Program-made: the position numbers and the translations under genes
The notes under the pieces: generated by a model
Seen by the model: the letters and a program-made list of their open reading frames with translations, nothing else
What the model was told of the DNA's origin: nothing
The model's database searches: none
Assembly: GCA_964016885.1 (NCBI GenBank)
Contig: OZ024745.1
Span: 16,492,001-16,556,000 of the forward strand
Reading direction: 5' to 3'
Length of the DNA: 64,000 nt
DNA from: Eledone cirrhosa
Lineage: Eukaryota
In this document: positions 42,255-55,404 of the stretch, in pieces
Position numbering within the stretch: position 1 is the first letter of the stretch
Layout of the letters: every line of letters begins with the position of its first letter

Positions 42255-42466
42255 GACAATCGATAGACTTTCGTCAAATCAGACCGAGGAAACAATGTTT
42301 CCGTTGGTCTTTCAAATTGCTAATACTATCTATCGGTCGCAAATCCATATAGAAGGAGCAATGTGAAATAAAGTGTCTTGCATAACGCATCACTCGATCA
42401 AGGAATCGCATTCACAACCTCATGATTGTGAATCCAATTCTCTTACCACTCAGCCACGTGCCTTCG
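42255..42466 (-). mobile_element. SINE family B
   Basis: Collinear with 2147-2364. Confidence 0.85.
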
Positions 42467-42501
<35 letters not shown>

Positions 42502-42574
42502 GTATGTGTGTGCGTGTGTGTGTGTGTGTGTGCTATTTCGACCACCAGTATAAACCTGATAAACACCAGGAAAA

Positions 42575-43300
42575 GTTAGGATTAAAGACTTACAATAACC
42601 CCCCAAGCAACCCAGCTTTATTACATTTGAAAAATGATGTACGTGAACTCATACAGAGTATCAAAGTTTGAAAGAGAAACAACTCCTTCCAAACATATTT
42701 GAAGATTTTTAATAGAAACAGGGTCAAATATCCTATTCTCACTGCATCTAACTTTGGTAAATTACGTAGCCGTAGTAATATAAACAATCCAGAAGTTGCA
42801 ATTGTGTCAATAGAGGCTACTGCCCTCAAGCCGGGATATGTCTATCAAGCAATATTGTTTACAAATGTAAGGGTAACCCACCCAGTACTAGTAAGATTTA
42901 CATAAGGTTAACTGCAAATAGATTTATGCAGCGTCTATACATGTGCTCGCATTCATTTCGAAAACTTTTAAGAGAGAATATGACTTCAATATCAACCTAT
43001 ATCGTAAGATTAAAAGACAATAACATCCGGTATAGGTTACACTGGGAAATCTTTACTAAAGCTAGATACTATAACGGAAATGAAAGGCCGTGTGACATTT
43101 GTGCCGCTGAAGCACTGGAAAACCTTTACGCCAACGAACGAATCTTAAACAAACACTCTGAGGCAATTTCGGCTTGTAGCTTGTAAGCATAAACTGTATA
43201 AAACATTACTATATCCTTTACCACGGATGGTAGGGACACTTTGCTGATGATATACGTCATGATGTGATAGCTAAGGACGATCTACATTTATACTCAATAT
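42575..43300 (+). pseudogene. decayed PLE linker + GIY-YIG
   Basis: KIFNRNRVK...QRLYMCSHSF...ISTYIVRLKDNNIRYRLHWEIFTKARYYNGNERPCDICAAEALE. Confidence 0.85.
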
Positions 43301-43326
43301 ACATACACACATATATATATATATAT

Positions 43327-43722
43327 AGTGGTTAGTGATTAGAGCAGTAGGCTTGCAATCGAAAGGTTGTGAGTTCAATTCTCGGACCGGGTGATGTGTT
43401 GTTTCCTTGAGCAAGACACTTTATTTCACGTTGCTCCAGTTTACTAAGCTGAAAATGAGTACCAGCAATAGCTGGAGGTTTAACCCTGCGATGGACTGGC
43501 TTCCTGTCCAGGGGGGAGTCTTGTACTCTCAGTCGCTTCACACCATGAAACCGGGATAAGCACCGGCCAAGTGAGCCTTCTGGTTTCAGACAGACTTTAG
43601 ACTTACGGCCTGTCCGCCCAGCCAGTGGGATGGCGTCATCGTATGGCTAAAACAGCACGGGCTGTGATCAGCGGCGCCGAATGGCGCCCGACAGACTGGT
43701 CGGTCAAGGTGATCAAGGTGAT
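43327..43722 (+). mobile_element. tRNA-derived SINE with longer body and tandem (CAAGGTGAT) tail
   Basis: A/B boxes, CCTTGAGCAAGACACT core, AACCCTGCGATGGACTGGC..CCTGTCCAGGGGG segment, and a 3' repeat tail running into (TA)n. Confidence 0.85.
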
Positions 43723-43734
43723 ATATATATATAT

Positions 43735-44567
<833 letters not shown>

Positions 44568-44774
44568 GGCGACCTACGTAGTAAATCGTATCATCGTGAG
44601 CTCCGCAAAGGTTTGTTATTTCCGTTTGTTAAAAATTGTAATTTATGGAAAATTTTATTGTTAACTGTTTATAAGCGCACATACATTGTTTTCCGAAAAG
44701 GACACCCAAAAAGATTGGGGCCTTGTGCCCAAAATTTAAACTTTTATTATTATCAAAAAATTTCTTTGAAAAAA

Positions 44775-46391
44775 ATGGCTAATTCACCTCTGCACCAAGC
44801 AGCTGAAAGCCTTCCTCACAAATTAACACCTCACACCGACACCACCATTGTAAATGTTACTACGTTTGCCAACACAAAAATAAATATAAGCAGTAGCAAT
44901 ATTTTAAATTTGTCTCAGGCAGACATTCATTTCCCGCCATTACCAATGACTGCAGGTGTTAAAGCCTCCACCACCACCACCACCACCGCGACAACCACCA
45001 CCCCCACCACCACCGCGACAACAGAAACAAAAGAAGAAAAAAATAAATTAACTCGTGATGTCGAAATGAAATCAAGCAAATTGGACTCTTCCCCACCAAA
45101 GACGACTGACGTCACCACCACCACAACTGAAACTAAAATTAATATTAACACAAATAACGATAGCAACAACAACAACAATGACATTATAAAAACGACCCTC
45201 AGTTTTGCAATAGTAGCAAAACAGTTCGAAGCATTTACGGTAACTCAGGAGGATTTAGAAAATGCCAAACAAATGGTAAAGAAAGATGGGTACACGGTCA
45301 GCCTCACCCCCCCACCTAATAAAATGGAGCATCGGCGCCTATGCACCGTGTCGTATCGAACGATAAATGTAAAATCGCGCCGAGTGGAACGGGCATCCGA
45401 GTCCCAAATCCAAAAAGCTTTGGGACATGTGTGGGCAAGAAAAACCCACATCAGACGTAGGCAGAAGTATGGAACCGTGGACGTGTTCTTTGAAACACCA
45501 GAGGAGGCTAGAGAACACTCCATGACCCCATTAAGAAGTGACGACTTCACACTCGTCCCAAGCTTTTGTGGCCAGAGACTCGTAAAGCAGCAACAACAGA
45601 AGCAACTATAACAGCAACAACCCCAGCAACAGTAGCAAAACCAACACCACCACCACCACCAGCAAAACCAACACCACCACCACCCAACGCTTCAGAACTA
45701 GCACCAGCGCCTACACCATCCACCACGCCACAACCAAAACTAACGCCTGTGGAGGATTTTCCACTCCCCGGCCTATCACAACTGGCGACAGATTGTGACG
45801 ATGAGGAGTGGGAAACGATATCCGGAAAAAAAAAGAAACCAAAAAAGAAAAAGTTCTCTTCGTTCCCCCTCCAAAAACAAAATACAGAGGGAAACAAATA
45901 AACTAAGAAACAAAAAAGTTAGGACAGATATGCCACCATCCACACCAGCATCACCAACCCCATCAACCCAAACACCAACACCATCACCATCATTAACTCC
46001 AACACCACCATCACCTACACCACAAAAGTCACCAAAATGCGAAACAGAAACAAACCCACAACAAACGCAAACAAAACAAAACAACCAAAACGATACACAC
46101 TACACAGCATTAAATTTGAACAACAAGCAATTATTACACTACATCCAACACAACACCAGCATCACAGAAAAAGACTACACAATAACCCCAAAATTCACAC
46201 CACCTCCACACATACAAATCACTCGCATCACACAGAAAACGTACATGACACTAAAACAAAAATTCAACAAAGACATCGGAGACTTCCGACAAGCACTCTC
46301 CAGGAGGATTTATAAGGACATCCTTCCTGAGGAGGCCACAAGCAGTGAAAAGGATGGAAAAACCTTCCTTCCCCTACGAGAAGTAAGGTAA
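44775..46391 (+). pseudogene. Tx1 ORF1 (Thr/Pro-rich, RRM-like segment), frameshifted
   Basis: Three overlapping ORFs upstream of ORF2, with GTVDVFFETPEEAREH in the RRM-like stretch. No zinc knuckle seen. Confidence 0.7.
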
Positions 46392-46425
46392 GTGGTCTTT
46401 CCCATCTTTTCCACTCCTTTTCAAC

Positions 46426-49400
46426 ATGACCTCACTCAGAATAGGCAGCATAAATGCGCGTGGCTTGGGGTCGTCATGGAAGCAGGGCCACCTGCTTAAC
46501 GACCTCAGGTCACTAAACATAGATGTAGTGGCCATCAGCGAGAACAGAATCTCCGAAGCACAGGCCTTCGCACCGATCTTCGGCGGCTACGATGTGTACG
46601 CATCTCCCAGCCGTCCGGGATCGGGGGGAGGAGTTGCTGTGCTTTTTCGGAGAGGTTTGGATCTTGCCATACGGGCCATCTTCCTGGACCCAGAACGTAA
46701 GTTGGTGGTGCTGCACGTGACCAGCGGAGACGGGCAAGCTTTCAGGTTAGTGGCCGTCTATGCCCCGACAGGAGCAGGGCGGCCTGATTTCTTCCGGCGT
46801 CTGGAGACCTTTCTTGGAACGTCCCGCTCTTTAGTGTTAGTGGGCGACTGGAACGGGATCTTAGATGCACGCTGGGATTGTGTGGGATTAGTGGATAGGG
46901 AAGGAGGGTGCAAGAGTCTCACCAACCTGCTCAGACGTTTTGAACTGTCTGACAGGTACCGAATGGATTTCCCGAATGTACCAATGTGGATGTGGACAAA
47001 TCGCATAGGGTCATCCAGATCATATCTAGATAGAGTATTTTGTAGGGAAATAGATAGGTCTAGCATAGGCTGTCCACAATTCAAGATATTCAGCTACACG
47101 GACCACAAATTCGTGATCTGTGTGCTTGACTTAGATAGGCTTCATAGGCGAGGACCCGGCTACTGGAAGCTAAACGCGTCCTTACCAGCGCGCAAGGCCT
47201 ACAGAGACCGGATTAGCGAACTAGTTAAGCGGGCGTTGACGGGGGCCATCGTCAACAACAAGTGGTGGTTTGCTCTGAAAAGAGCAATTAGAATAGAGTC
47301 CATTAGGTTTAGTAAGACTTTAGCAATAGAGAAAAATAGAGCAGAGGGAGAACTAGTTAGAAAATTAGATGAGGCGCTTAGCAAAGGCATCGCGACCGAC
47401 GTACTTGCGGCGAAATTAGCCCTTGACCAATTCTTCAATGCAAAGCACGAAGGCTGCGTTGTCAGAGCTAGGGTGCGTGCTCTCAGACACGAGGGGACGA
47501 AAGCCGTTCAATGGGCCCGAGTGGCGGAGGCGCGTCGTGGCAACAAAGCCACGATCCGGTCTTTGGTGGACCACGACGGGCGCATGCTACTCGATCTCGG
47601 GCAAATGTGTGAAGCTTTTCAGCGACACTTCGCTCAACTGTTCGGGGGCAGTGGCGGGCCGGATCGAGGGATGGACTTTAGTGTCTACCTCGACGGACTG
47701 CCGCGGCTTCCGGCCACTGAGGCGGAGTGATGCGAAAAGCCGATAACAACCGCTGAAGTACGGGATGCAATGACTAGTTGCACAAGGGGTAAATCGCCTG
47801 GTTTGGATGGTCTGCCCTATGAACTTTACGTACAAATGCCAAACTTGTTCGGAGGCCTCTTGGCGGACGTCTACTGCAACTGGCAACAGAACGGGAGAAT
47901 TCCCAGCTCTGTGAGCCGAGGAGCGGTGGCGCTGCTGAGAAAGGATCCGAACAAGGGGGATAACATAGATAATTTTAGGCCCATAACTCTGCTAAACACA
48001 GAGTTCAAGATTTTGGCCAAGGTGCTAGAAAAGAGGTTGGCGCTTGTCGTTGGTGGTCTGGTGGGAGAGGCATAGACATGCGCCATTCCCGACAGATCCA
48101 TCCACGACAACCTCCACCTCATGCGATACATCGTAGAGAGGGTAGCTAGGGAACCTGGCACGGGTGGGTCTTTGATCAATTTAGATCAGTCGAAAGCCTT
48201 CGATAGGGTCGACCATCGTTACCTAGAGGAAGTCCTGAGGGCGGCTGGCTTTGGGCCCGTCTTCAGAGGCTGGATCGCTGCCATGCACTGCAACATCTGC
48301 TCTGTAGTGAGAGTGAACGGTCACCTTTCGGAACCGTTCAACATCATGCGCTCGGTCCGCCAAGGATGTCCCCTCTCGTCCCTCTTGTACGTATTGACTC
48401 TCGAGCCATTACTGCACAAACTGGAGACGTTGAGGGGTATCCCGCGCGAACTAGGATGCGGAAGATCCGTGTCAGCATATGCCGACGATGTCACCGTAGT
48501 GGTGTCGAACGCCAAACACATCGAGGCGATCGGCACTACACTGAGAGAATACGAAGCGGTGACAGGAGCAATGATCAACCAGGAAAAGTCAGTGGGCCTG
48601 CAGCTCGGCACCTGGAGAGGCAGGTCCATGCCGTCCAACAGCGTCGTCGGGCGCTGGACAGACGGACCGGTTAAATTGCTAGGGGTCTGGTTCGGTCCAG
48701 ACCTCCAGACGGACAAAAACTGGGACGAGGTGACGAGCAGGGTGGCTTCTCTCACCCAGAAATGGGCCGAGAGGAAGCTATCCCTGAAAGGTCGAGCGGA
48801 GGTAGCTAACGCGTATATCGCGTCCGTCATCTACTACCGCCTGACCGTCGTACCTTGTCCTAAGCCCCGCCTGACTGCGCTGGAGCGTTTGCTCTTTCGC
48901 TTCTTGTGGAAGGGACGCGCTCCGATGGTCAGGGGGTCCATTTGCTGTCAACACCCGCTACGTGGAGGGCTGGGCATGCCGTGGCTGATGATGCGCAGAC
49001 ACGCGCTCAGGCTACGACATCTCCACCTCTTCCTCGACGGTGATCAGGTGTGGTCACCGTTTGCTAGACACGTTTTTCCCCAGCTCGTCTCCTTGACGGA
49101 GCTGCAGTCCTGGGTCAAGCGAAAACCGAGAGGGAGCGCTTGGAGACTGGAATGTCTTCAGGCGCTCACAGCCCTCGACCAATCGGGCAATGTGATCGGT
49201 GGAAACTCCACCTTGGCGTTCTATAGGGGATTAATGGAGTGGAAGAACGACGACGTACTTGGAGAAACTCTAGGCATCGACGAAAATCAACTAGCCAATC
49301 TCTTCGGAAGGACTTTCGGGCCGGGGCCTATGGACAACTTCCAGAAATCCCTGACCTGGCAGTGCTACCGGGGTGCTTTGCCAGTTCGGGATAAACTTTA

Positions 49401-49845
49401 CAGGCATGGAGGTGCCGTCAGCCGGGCATGTCCGAGATGCGCACAGGGCGACGAAACCGTCCTGCACGCACTGGTCCAGTGTCCGAGCATTGCTGACTTG
49501 TGGGTTTATGTCGAACACCTGCTGTCACGCGTAGGACGGATCCAGCTATCAGCTGAGTCCATCGTGAGGATTGCCCCGCCCTCTTCCTTTAGCCGGGAAG
49601 GGCAGGCAGTTTTTATCTGTCTGGTGGCCATGGCGAAAGAGATAGTATGGTGGACACGTTTGAAAGGGCTGAAGACGAGCACTTACCTCTTCGGTGATGC
49701 CCTGATTAACTTTTTCAAATTTCATCTGAAAAGGAAAATCAGGGTAGAGAGGGAAGTGCTCTCTTCCCAGCATTTTGTTGAAAGATGGGTGAGAGAAGCA
49801 AGTATGGCCCGAATGAATGGGCCTTCTCTGAGTATGTGTCTGTAA
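46426..49845 (+). pseudogene. Tx1 ORF2: AP endonuclease + reverse transcriptase + zf-RVT; single frame with two premature stops (47728, 48073)
   Basis: GSINARGL, VAISEN, VGDWN, SYLDRV, YTDH (APE); KSPGLDGL, FRPITLLN, DQSKAFDRV, VRQGCPLS, AYADD (RT); CPRCAQGDETVLHALVQC. Confidence 0.96.
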
Positions 49846-50088
49846 ATTAAAGGTGGAAAACTGGGAGAGGGCACTTGCCCTGGTGGTCAGGGCCACTGTG
49901 GTCTTTTAATGTGCTTTCTCCACAAATGTCCCTCGGAAGTCTCCCCCCTATTGGGGAATTTTTCTTTGTTATTTTATTTCATCCTCTGTTTTTTTTACAC
50001 GCAGAAATGCTCATTTGTTCCGTCCTGTATTGTCCTGTACTGTCCTTAATGTATACTTTATGTAAACCCTTGTGGTTAATAAAGAAAA

Positions 50089-50120
<32 letters not shown>

Positions 50121-50427
50121 GAAAGTGAGGTTTATTGTTCCTACATGAGTGAAAGTATAGGGAAAAAAGATGAAATAGAAAATGCAATTGGAGTCCTTTT
50201 AAAAAAAAAAAATTTATTTGGTTCTTTTACCGGTTTCGCAGTTCTTGTGATTTTCAATAGTTGAATTGAAATGGAGGGTTCGTGGTTTTTCTTTTGAAAA
50301 GCACAAGAACTGCGAAACCGGTAAAGGAACCAAATAAATATATATAAAAAAAGACTCCAGTTGCATTTTCGATTTCATCTTTTTTCCTTATACTTTCACT
50401 CATGTAGGACAAAAAAACCTCACTTTC
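50121..50427. mobile_element. head-to-head HHR-bearing pseudo-LTR palindrome
   Basis: Arms 50121-50257 and 50294-50427. Confidence 0.92.
50284..50331 (+). ncRNA. minimal hammerhead with UUGAAAA (U3-A8) core
   Basis: GG(TT)TTTCTT-TTGAAAA-GCA-CAAGAAC-TGC-GAAA-CCGG-TA-AAGGAACC. The mirror arm (50220-50257) also has TTGAAAA. Confidence 0.75.
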
Positions 50428-50475
<48 letters not shown>

Positions 50476-51430
50476 GACGCACGAGGTGACGGAGGTCATG
50501 AAATCGCTCCCGTAAGTTTTGAATTTTTAACATATTTAAATCATTTGTGAAATAACAACTCTTAGTACAAATGCTACGTAAAGCACCCGGCTTGAGCCCC
50601 CAAAAAATTCGGACCCAAAATATATTGTTATAAGGCTCAAATATTCAAATATTCAACTTTGTATTGTACACTGTATATCCAAAAAAAAAATGGCTATAAA
50701 TGGAAGAAGAAGAACCCCCCCCCTCCTCTCCTCTGGCTACACTATATAGGACAGCTAAACTCACCAACACCAGAAACTAGATACACCACCCACCCCATCA
50801 TCTGTGTACACTAAACACAACAGCATTTTCACCTTCACCGCCACCGCTCACTACGGCCATCATTACCACCACTATCCCATCACCGCCGCCACCACCCCTT
50901 GACTCCTTCACTGCTGCTGCCACCGCTACAGCACCATCACTACAGTAATACGGCTCAAATATTCAAATATTCAACTTTGTATTGTACACTGTATATCCAA
51001 AAAAAAAAAAATAAAATGGCTATAAATGGAAGAAGAAGAACCCCCCCCCCCTCCTCTCCTCTGGCTACACTATATAGGACAGCGAAACTCACCAACACCA
51101 GAAACTAGATACACCACCCACCCCATCATCTGTGTACACTAAACACAACAGCATTTTCACCTTCACCGCCACCGCTCACTACGGCCATCATTACCACCAC
51201 TATCCCATCACCGCCGCCACCACCCCCTGACTCCTTCACTGCTGCTGCCACCGCTACAGCACCATCACTACAGTAATACGGTCGCATCACCGCCACCACT
51301 GCCTCGGTATCGACATCACCACCACCACTGTCTCAGTATCGCCAACGCCGCCAGTCTCTGCTGGCTACCATTTCCACATTATAGAATTCCTACTACTAAC
51401 AAAGAGGAAGGCATCAAAATATATACATAG
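50476..51430 (+). mobile_element. possible 5' end (UTR + ORF1 start) of a second L1/Tx1-like element, or an extended 5' region of the Dong element
   Basis: Starts right after (TAA)n. GCTCCCGTAAGTTTTG...AAAAAAAATGGCT and the C/A-rich continuation parallel the Tx1 5' end (GCTCCGCAAAGGTTTG...AAAAAAATGGCT). Confidence 0.45.
50634..51279 (+). repeat. tandem duplication, ~320 bp x2
   Basis: 50634-50951 is near-identical to 50952-51279. Confidence 0.95.
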
Positions 51431-51675
51431 ACTCAAAAGAAAAAAGAAAAAAACAAACAACAAAAGCAGCACAGCAACAACAGTAAAAAACGAGAAAAAC
51501 AGAGAAAAACAAAAACAAAAAAAGAAACCCCAAAAACGTAAAGAAAATAAGAATGAAGAGAGAAGCAGGCGGACGGACAGAGAAGAGGGGGGAAAAAGTA
51601 AAACTTAAAAAACAAAAACTAAGTCAGACATTCGAATACTACATTACAATGAAACTTATGCTTATTCATTTTTGG

Positions 51676-54600
51676 GGCCCTTTCTGCCCGTGTGTTTGTT
51701 TGTTTATGTGTGTCCGTATACAGCGTGGTGATAATGCCACACAAGGGCCAAGTGGGATGGCGGATCCACAGATGGCTATGTAAACATACATTCGCCAATC
51801 CTCGATAAGAGTGTTTAAATATCGAACATAAACAGTTCGAATAACGGTGAAATGGAGACTAGAACGTCATGTGACAGACTCTCACCCAACAGGTGCCCCC
51901 TGGATCAGCAGCAGGAACCTGACTGTCAACCAAATACTGCTGATGTTGGAGGAAGAAGAAGAAGGAAAGGGGCCAGAACCAACTGGACGAAAGAATTGAA
52001 TAGAACTGTTATGCAATGCTACCTGAAAAGTAACCCCAAGGAGAGGGGCTACAGGAGACGGATGCATAACATCTGGAACGAGATTGGTTTATTTAAATTA
52101 GATGAACAAAAATTGGCCGGGCAGGCTCGGGTAATAAGAACTAATGGGTGGATAAGCGAGCTGGAACTGGAGGAACTGAGCAGAGAGAATGGCTTGGAGA
52201 TGGCGGGTGTAGTATGCCAGACAAGCGAGCCGGCGGGAAAAGAAGGTGAGGAGGTCCTGAGAACGGAGGAACCACCCGAAGCAGACAATGATCTGAATAC
52301 TGAGATAAATAATACCTGGAACAGAGATACGGCCACTGAGGAGATGAATGCTGACGGGCTAGGACAAGATTCGGTTGACATCCTAAATTTAGTGGTAGAT
52401 GAGTTGAACAATGATAGTGGGAGACCTATGAACCTAAGATTTGTAGACAGGAAAAAGTTAAAAGAAACAACAGCTAAGGTAAACAAAGTCATCCCATACC
52501 TTGAGGCGAGGAGTCTTCACCAGTGCAACAATATCCTCAAAGCAACAGCAAATACGGTGAGGAAACTACTTGGTATAAAAGCGAGAGGAAACAACAGACA
52601 AGAAAGAGCAGAGCCGTGGTGGAAGAAGCGACTGAGTGGGCAAATCGGGGAAATGAGAAATGACATAGGAAAGCTTGAGTCACTACTGAATGGGACACTA
52701 AAAAACATAGGCACTAAAAATAGACTGGAAATAAAATACAAAACTAGGAGTAAAAAGCTAAATATTATCATAGAGGAATTGAAGCAACGCATTGTAGCAA
52801 AGAGTGCCAAAATCAGGCGATACGAGAACAGAGTCAGTCAGTATAAACAGAACCGCATGTTCGACAACAACCAGAAGATGCTGTTTGGACAGCTTGAGGG
52901 GAAAGAAAGAGGCAACGACTTGATCCCTGGGGCGGAACAAGCTAAAACATTCTGGAGAGGAATATGGGAGCAGGATGTTAGACACAATGCCCAGGCAGGG
53001 TGGATTGAGACAGTACAGAGGGAGATCGGTGAGCAGGCACAGCAACAGACTGATTTGAGTATCACAGTTGAAACTCTTAAGGGGCAAGCCAAAAAACTAA
53101 CCAACTGGAAATCACCAGGCCCAGATGGTGTGCAGGGGTATTGGATTAAACATTTAACATCCCTCCACCCGAAGCTGACGGCCATGTTCAATGACTGCTT
53201 GGTGTCGGGTGAGGTGCCAGAGTGGTTGACAAAAGGTACCACAGTTCTGATAATGAAAGACCGAATCAAGGGTAATGATGTTACCAACTATAGACCTATC
53301 ACATGTCTGCCCGTAATGTGGAAACTGTTGACGAGCATTGTGTCTGAGGAAATCTACCATCACCTCCACACAAACAACTTGTTGCCGGACGAACAGAAAG
53401 GATGCCGAAAGAAGTCACGTGGTACAAAGGACCAGTTGCTTATTGATAAGATGGTAATGGGGAATTGCAGGAGGAGACACACTGATCTTGCCATGGGATG
53501 GATAGACTACAGAAAGGCATTTGACATGGTGCCTCATTCCTGGATCACCAAAAGCCTGGAGATCTTCAGGGTGGCAGATAACATCAGACAGTTGCTGGGC
53601 AGGAGTATGGGGTCCTGGGAGACAGAGTTGACATCAACTGGAGTATCCTTGGGAAGCGTGAAGATCAAGAGAGGTATCTTCCAGGGAGATAGCCTGTCCC
53701 CTCTGTTGTTTGTCCTTGCCCTGATGCCCTTGACCATTATGCTGCGAAAAGTGTGAGCAGGATACAAGTTGGGAAGTGGAGAGGTTACCATCAATCACCT
53801 CCTCTTCATGGACGATCTTAAGCTCTTCGGGAAAAGTGAGAAGGAGTTGGATGTGCTTGTTGACACTGTCCGTATTTTCAGCAGTGATATATGTATGCAG
53901 TTTGGTATTGGTAAATGTGGAGTCATTGTGATGAGGAGGGGTAGGTTGAGCAGAAGTAACGGGATCCAGATACCAACAGGTGAGATGATAAAGGAAATTG
54001 ACTCTGAGGAAGGATACAAGTATTTGGGCGTTCTGGAGGCTGATGGCATAAAGAACAAAAAAATGAAGGAATTGTAAAGAACTGAATACATTCGGAGAGT
54101 AAGGAGCGTATTGAAGTCACATCTGAACAGCAGAAATGCCATAAGCGCAGTAAATTCCCGAGCTGTGTCTATTATTAGGTACAGTGCGGGAATTCTGAGA
54201 TGGAATGTTGCTGAACAAAAAGAAATGGATAGGAAGACTAGGAAGCTATTGACTATCTACAACATGTTCCACAAGAGGAGTGATGTCGATAGACTCTACC
54301 TAAGGAGATCTGAGGGTGGAAGAGGTCTTATCAGCATAGAGGACTGTGTTCAGATGGAGAAAAACAACCTATACAAATACGTGACCTATAGTAAGGAGCC
54401 AATGCTCAGAGCTGTACTGGAGGAGGGGACAGTGGGCCAGGGGATACCCAAGGAGGAAATAACATCAAGGAGGAAGAGCAGCCTTAAGGGAAAATCCCTT
54501 CATAGTACCTTCTTTGAGAAAACTGAATTTGGAGATCCACAGACATGGAACTGGTTGAGAAGAGGAGACCTCAAAAAGGCTACAGAAGGAATGCTAATGG

Positions 54601-55317
54601 CTGCGCAGGAGCAGGCCCTCAAAACGAAGTGGTTGAAGCACCATATCTACAAGGAGGAGGCTAGCCCACTGTGCAGGATCTGTGGAGAGAGGGAGGAGAC
54701 TGTGGCTCACATTGTGTCCGAGTGTAAACACCTAGCCCAGACCCACTATAAGGGCTGGAGACACGATGTGATGGGCAGGGTGATCCACTGGCACCTGTGC
54801 AAAGTAAACAATCTACCACATTCTGAGAAATGGTATGAGCATAGGCCAGAGGCGGTGATGGAGAACAGTCAGGTGAAGGTGCTGTGGGATTTTAGGATAC
54901 AGACGGACAAAAAACTGGAACACAATAGACCTGACCTGGTGGTTGTGGACAAAGAAAAAAGATCGTGCCTGATTGTGGATGTGGCCTGCCCGTTCGACAC
55001 GAGAGTGCAAGAGAAGGAGAGGGAGAAAATTAACCGATACCAGGACCTAAAGTGGGAGGTGAAAAGGATTTGGAACTGCCATGAAGTCAAAGTGATCCCG
55101 ATTGTCATAGGCGCACTGGGGACTATCTCCAAAGGTTTCCAGGGATGGTTAAAGAAAATCGGCCCCTTCACGCTTTTTGGAACGCTTCAAAAGGCATGCT
55201 TGCTTGGAACGGCAAGAACCCTCCGATACGTCCTGAATATCTGAGGCTGCAGGTAGTGGCTTGATATTCAATCCAACGGACTTTCCAGTTAACCAACATC
55301 AATGACTGAGATTCAAG

Positions 55318-55320
<3 letters not shown>
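51676..55320 (+). mobile_element. Dong/R4-clade (R2 superfamily) non-LTR retrotransposon ending in (TAA)n
   Basis: Single ORF with RT, CCHC and RLE domains. 3' end joins (TAA)n at 55319-55372. The 5' boundary is uncertain. Confidence 0.92.
51852..55244 (+). pseudogene. RT + restriction-like endonuclease ORF; one frame, two premature stops (53754, 54075)
   Basis: WKSPGPDGVQGYW, NYRPITCL, WIDYRKAFDMVPH, GIFQGDSLSP, LLFMDDLKL, YKYLG; CRICGEREETVAHIVSEC; RHD, RPDLV, DVACP, EKINRY. Confidence 0.96.
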
Positions 55321-55362
<42 letters not shown>

Positions 55363-55370
55363 TAATAATA

Positions 55371-55404
<34 letters not shown>

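Larger units (their letters stand above)
44568..50090 (+). mobile_element. full-length Tx1/L1-clade non-LTR retrotransposon inserted in (TTA)n
   Basis: 5' UTR, ORF1, ORF2 (APE-RT-CCHC), and AATAAA at 50078. (TTA)n on both flanks (44498-44567, 50091-50120). Confidence 0.95.

Noticed and set aside
43327-43392. tRNA gene (also other SINE heads)
   Set aside because: A/B boxes run into a SINE body and there is no complete cloverleaf.
46513-55171. Antisense ORFs within the Tx1 and Dong elements
   Set aside because: They are shadow frames of GC-richer coding sequence.
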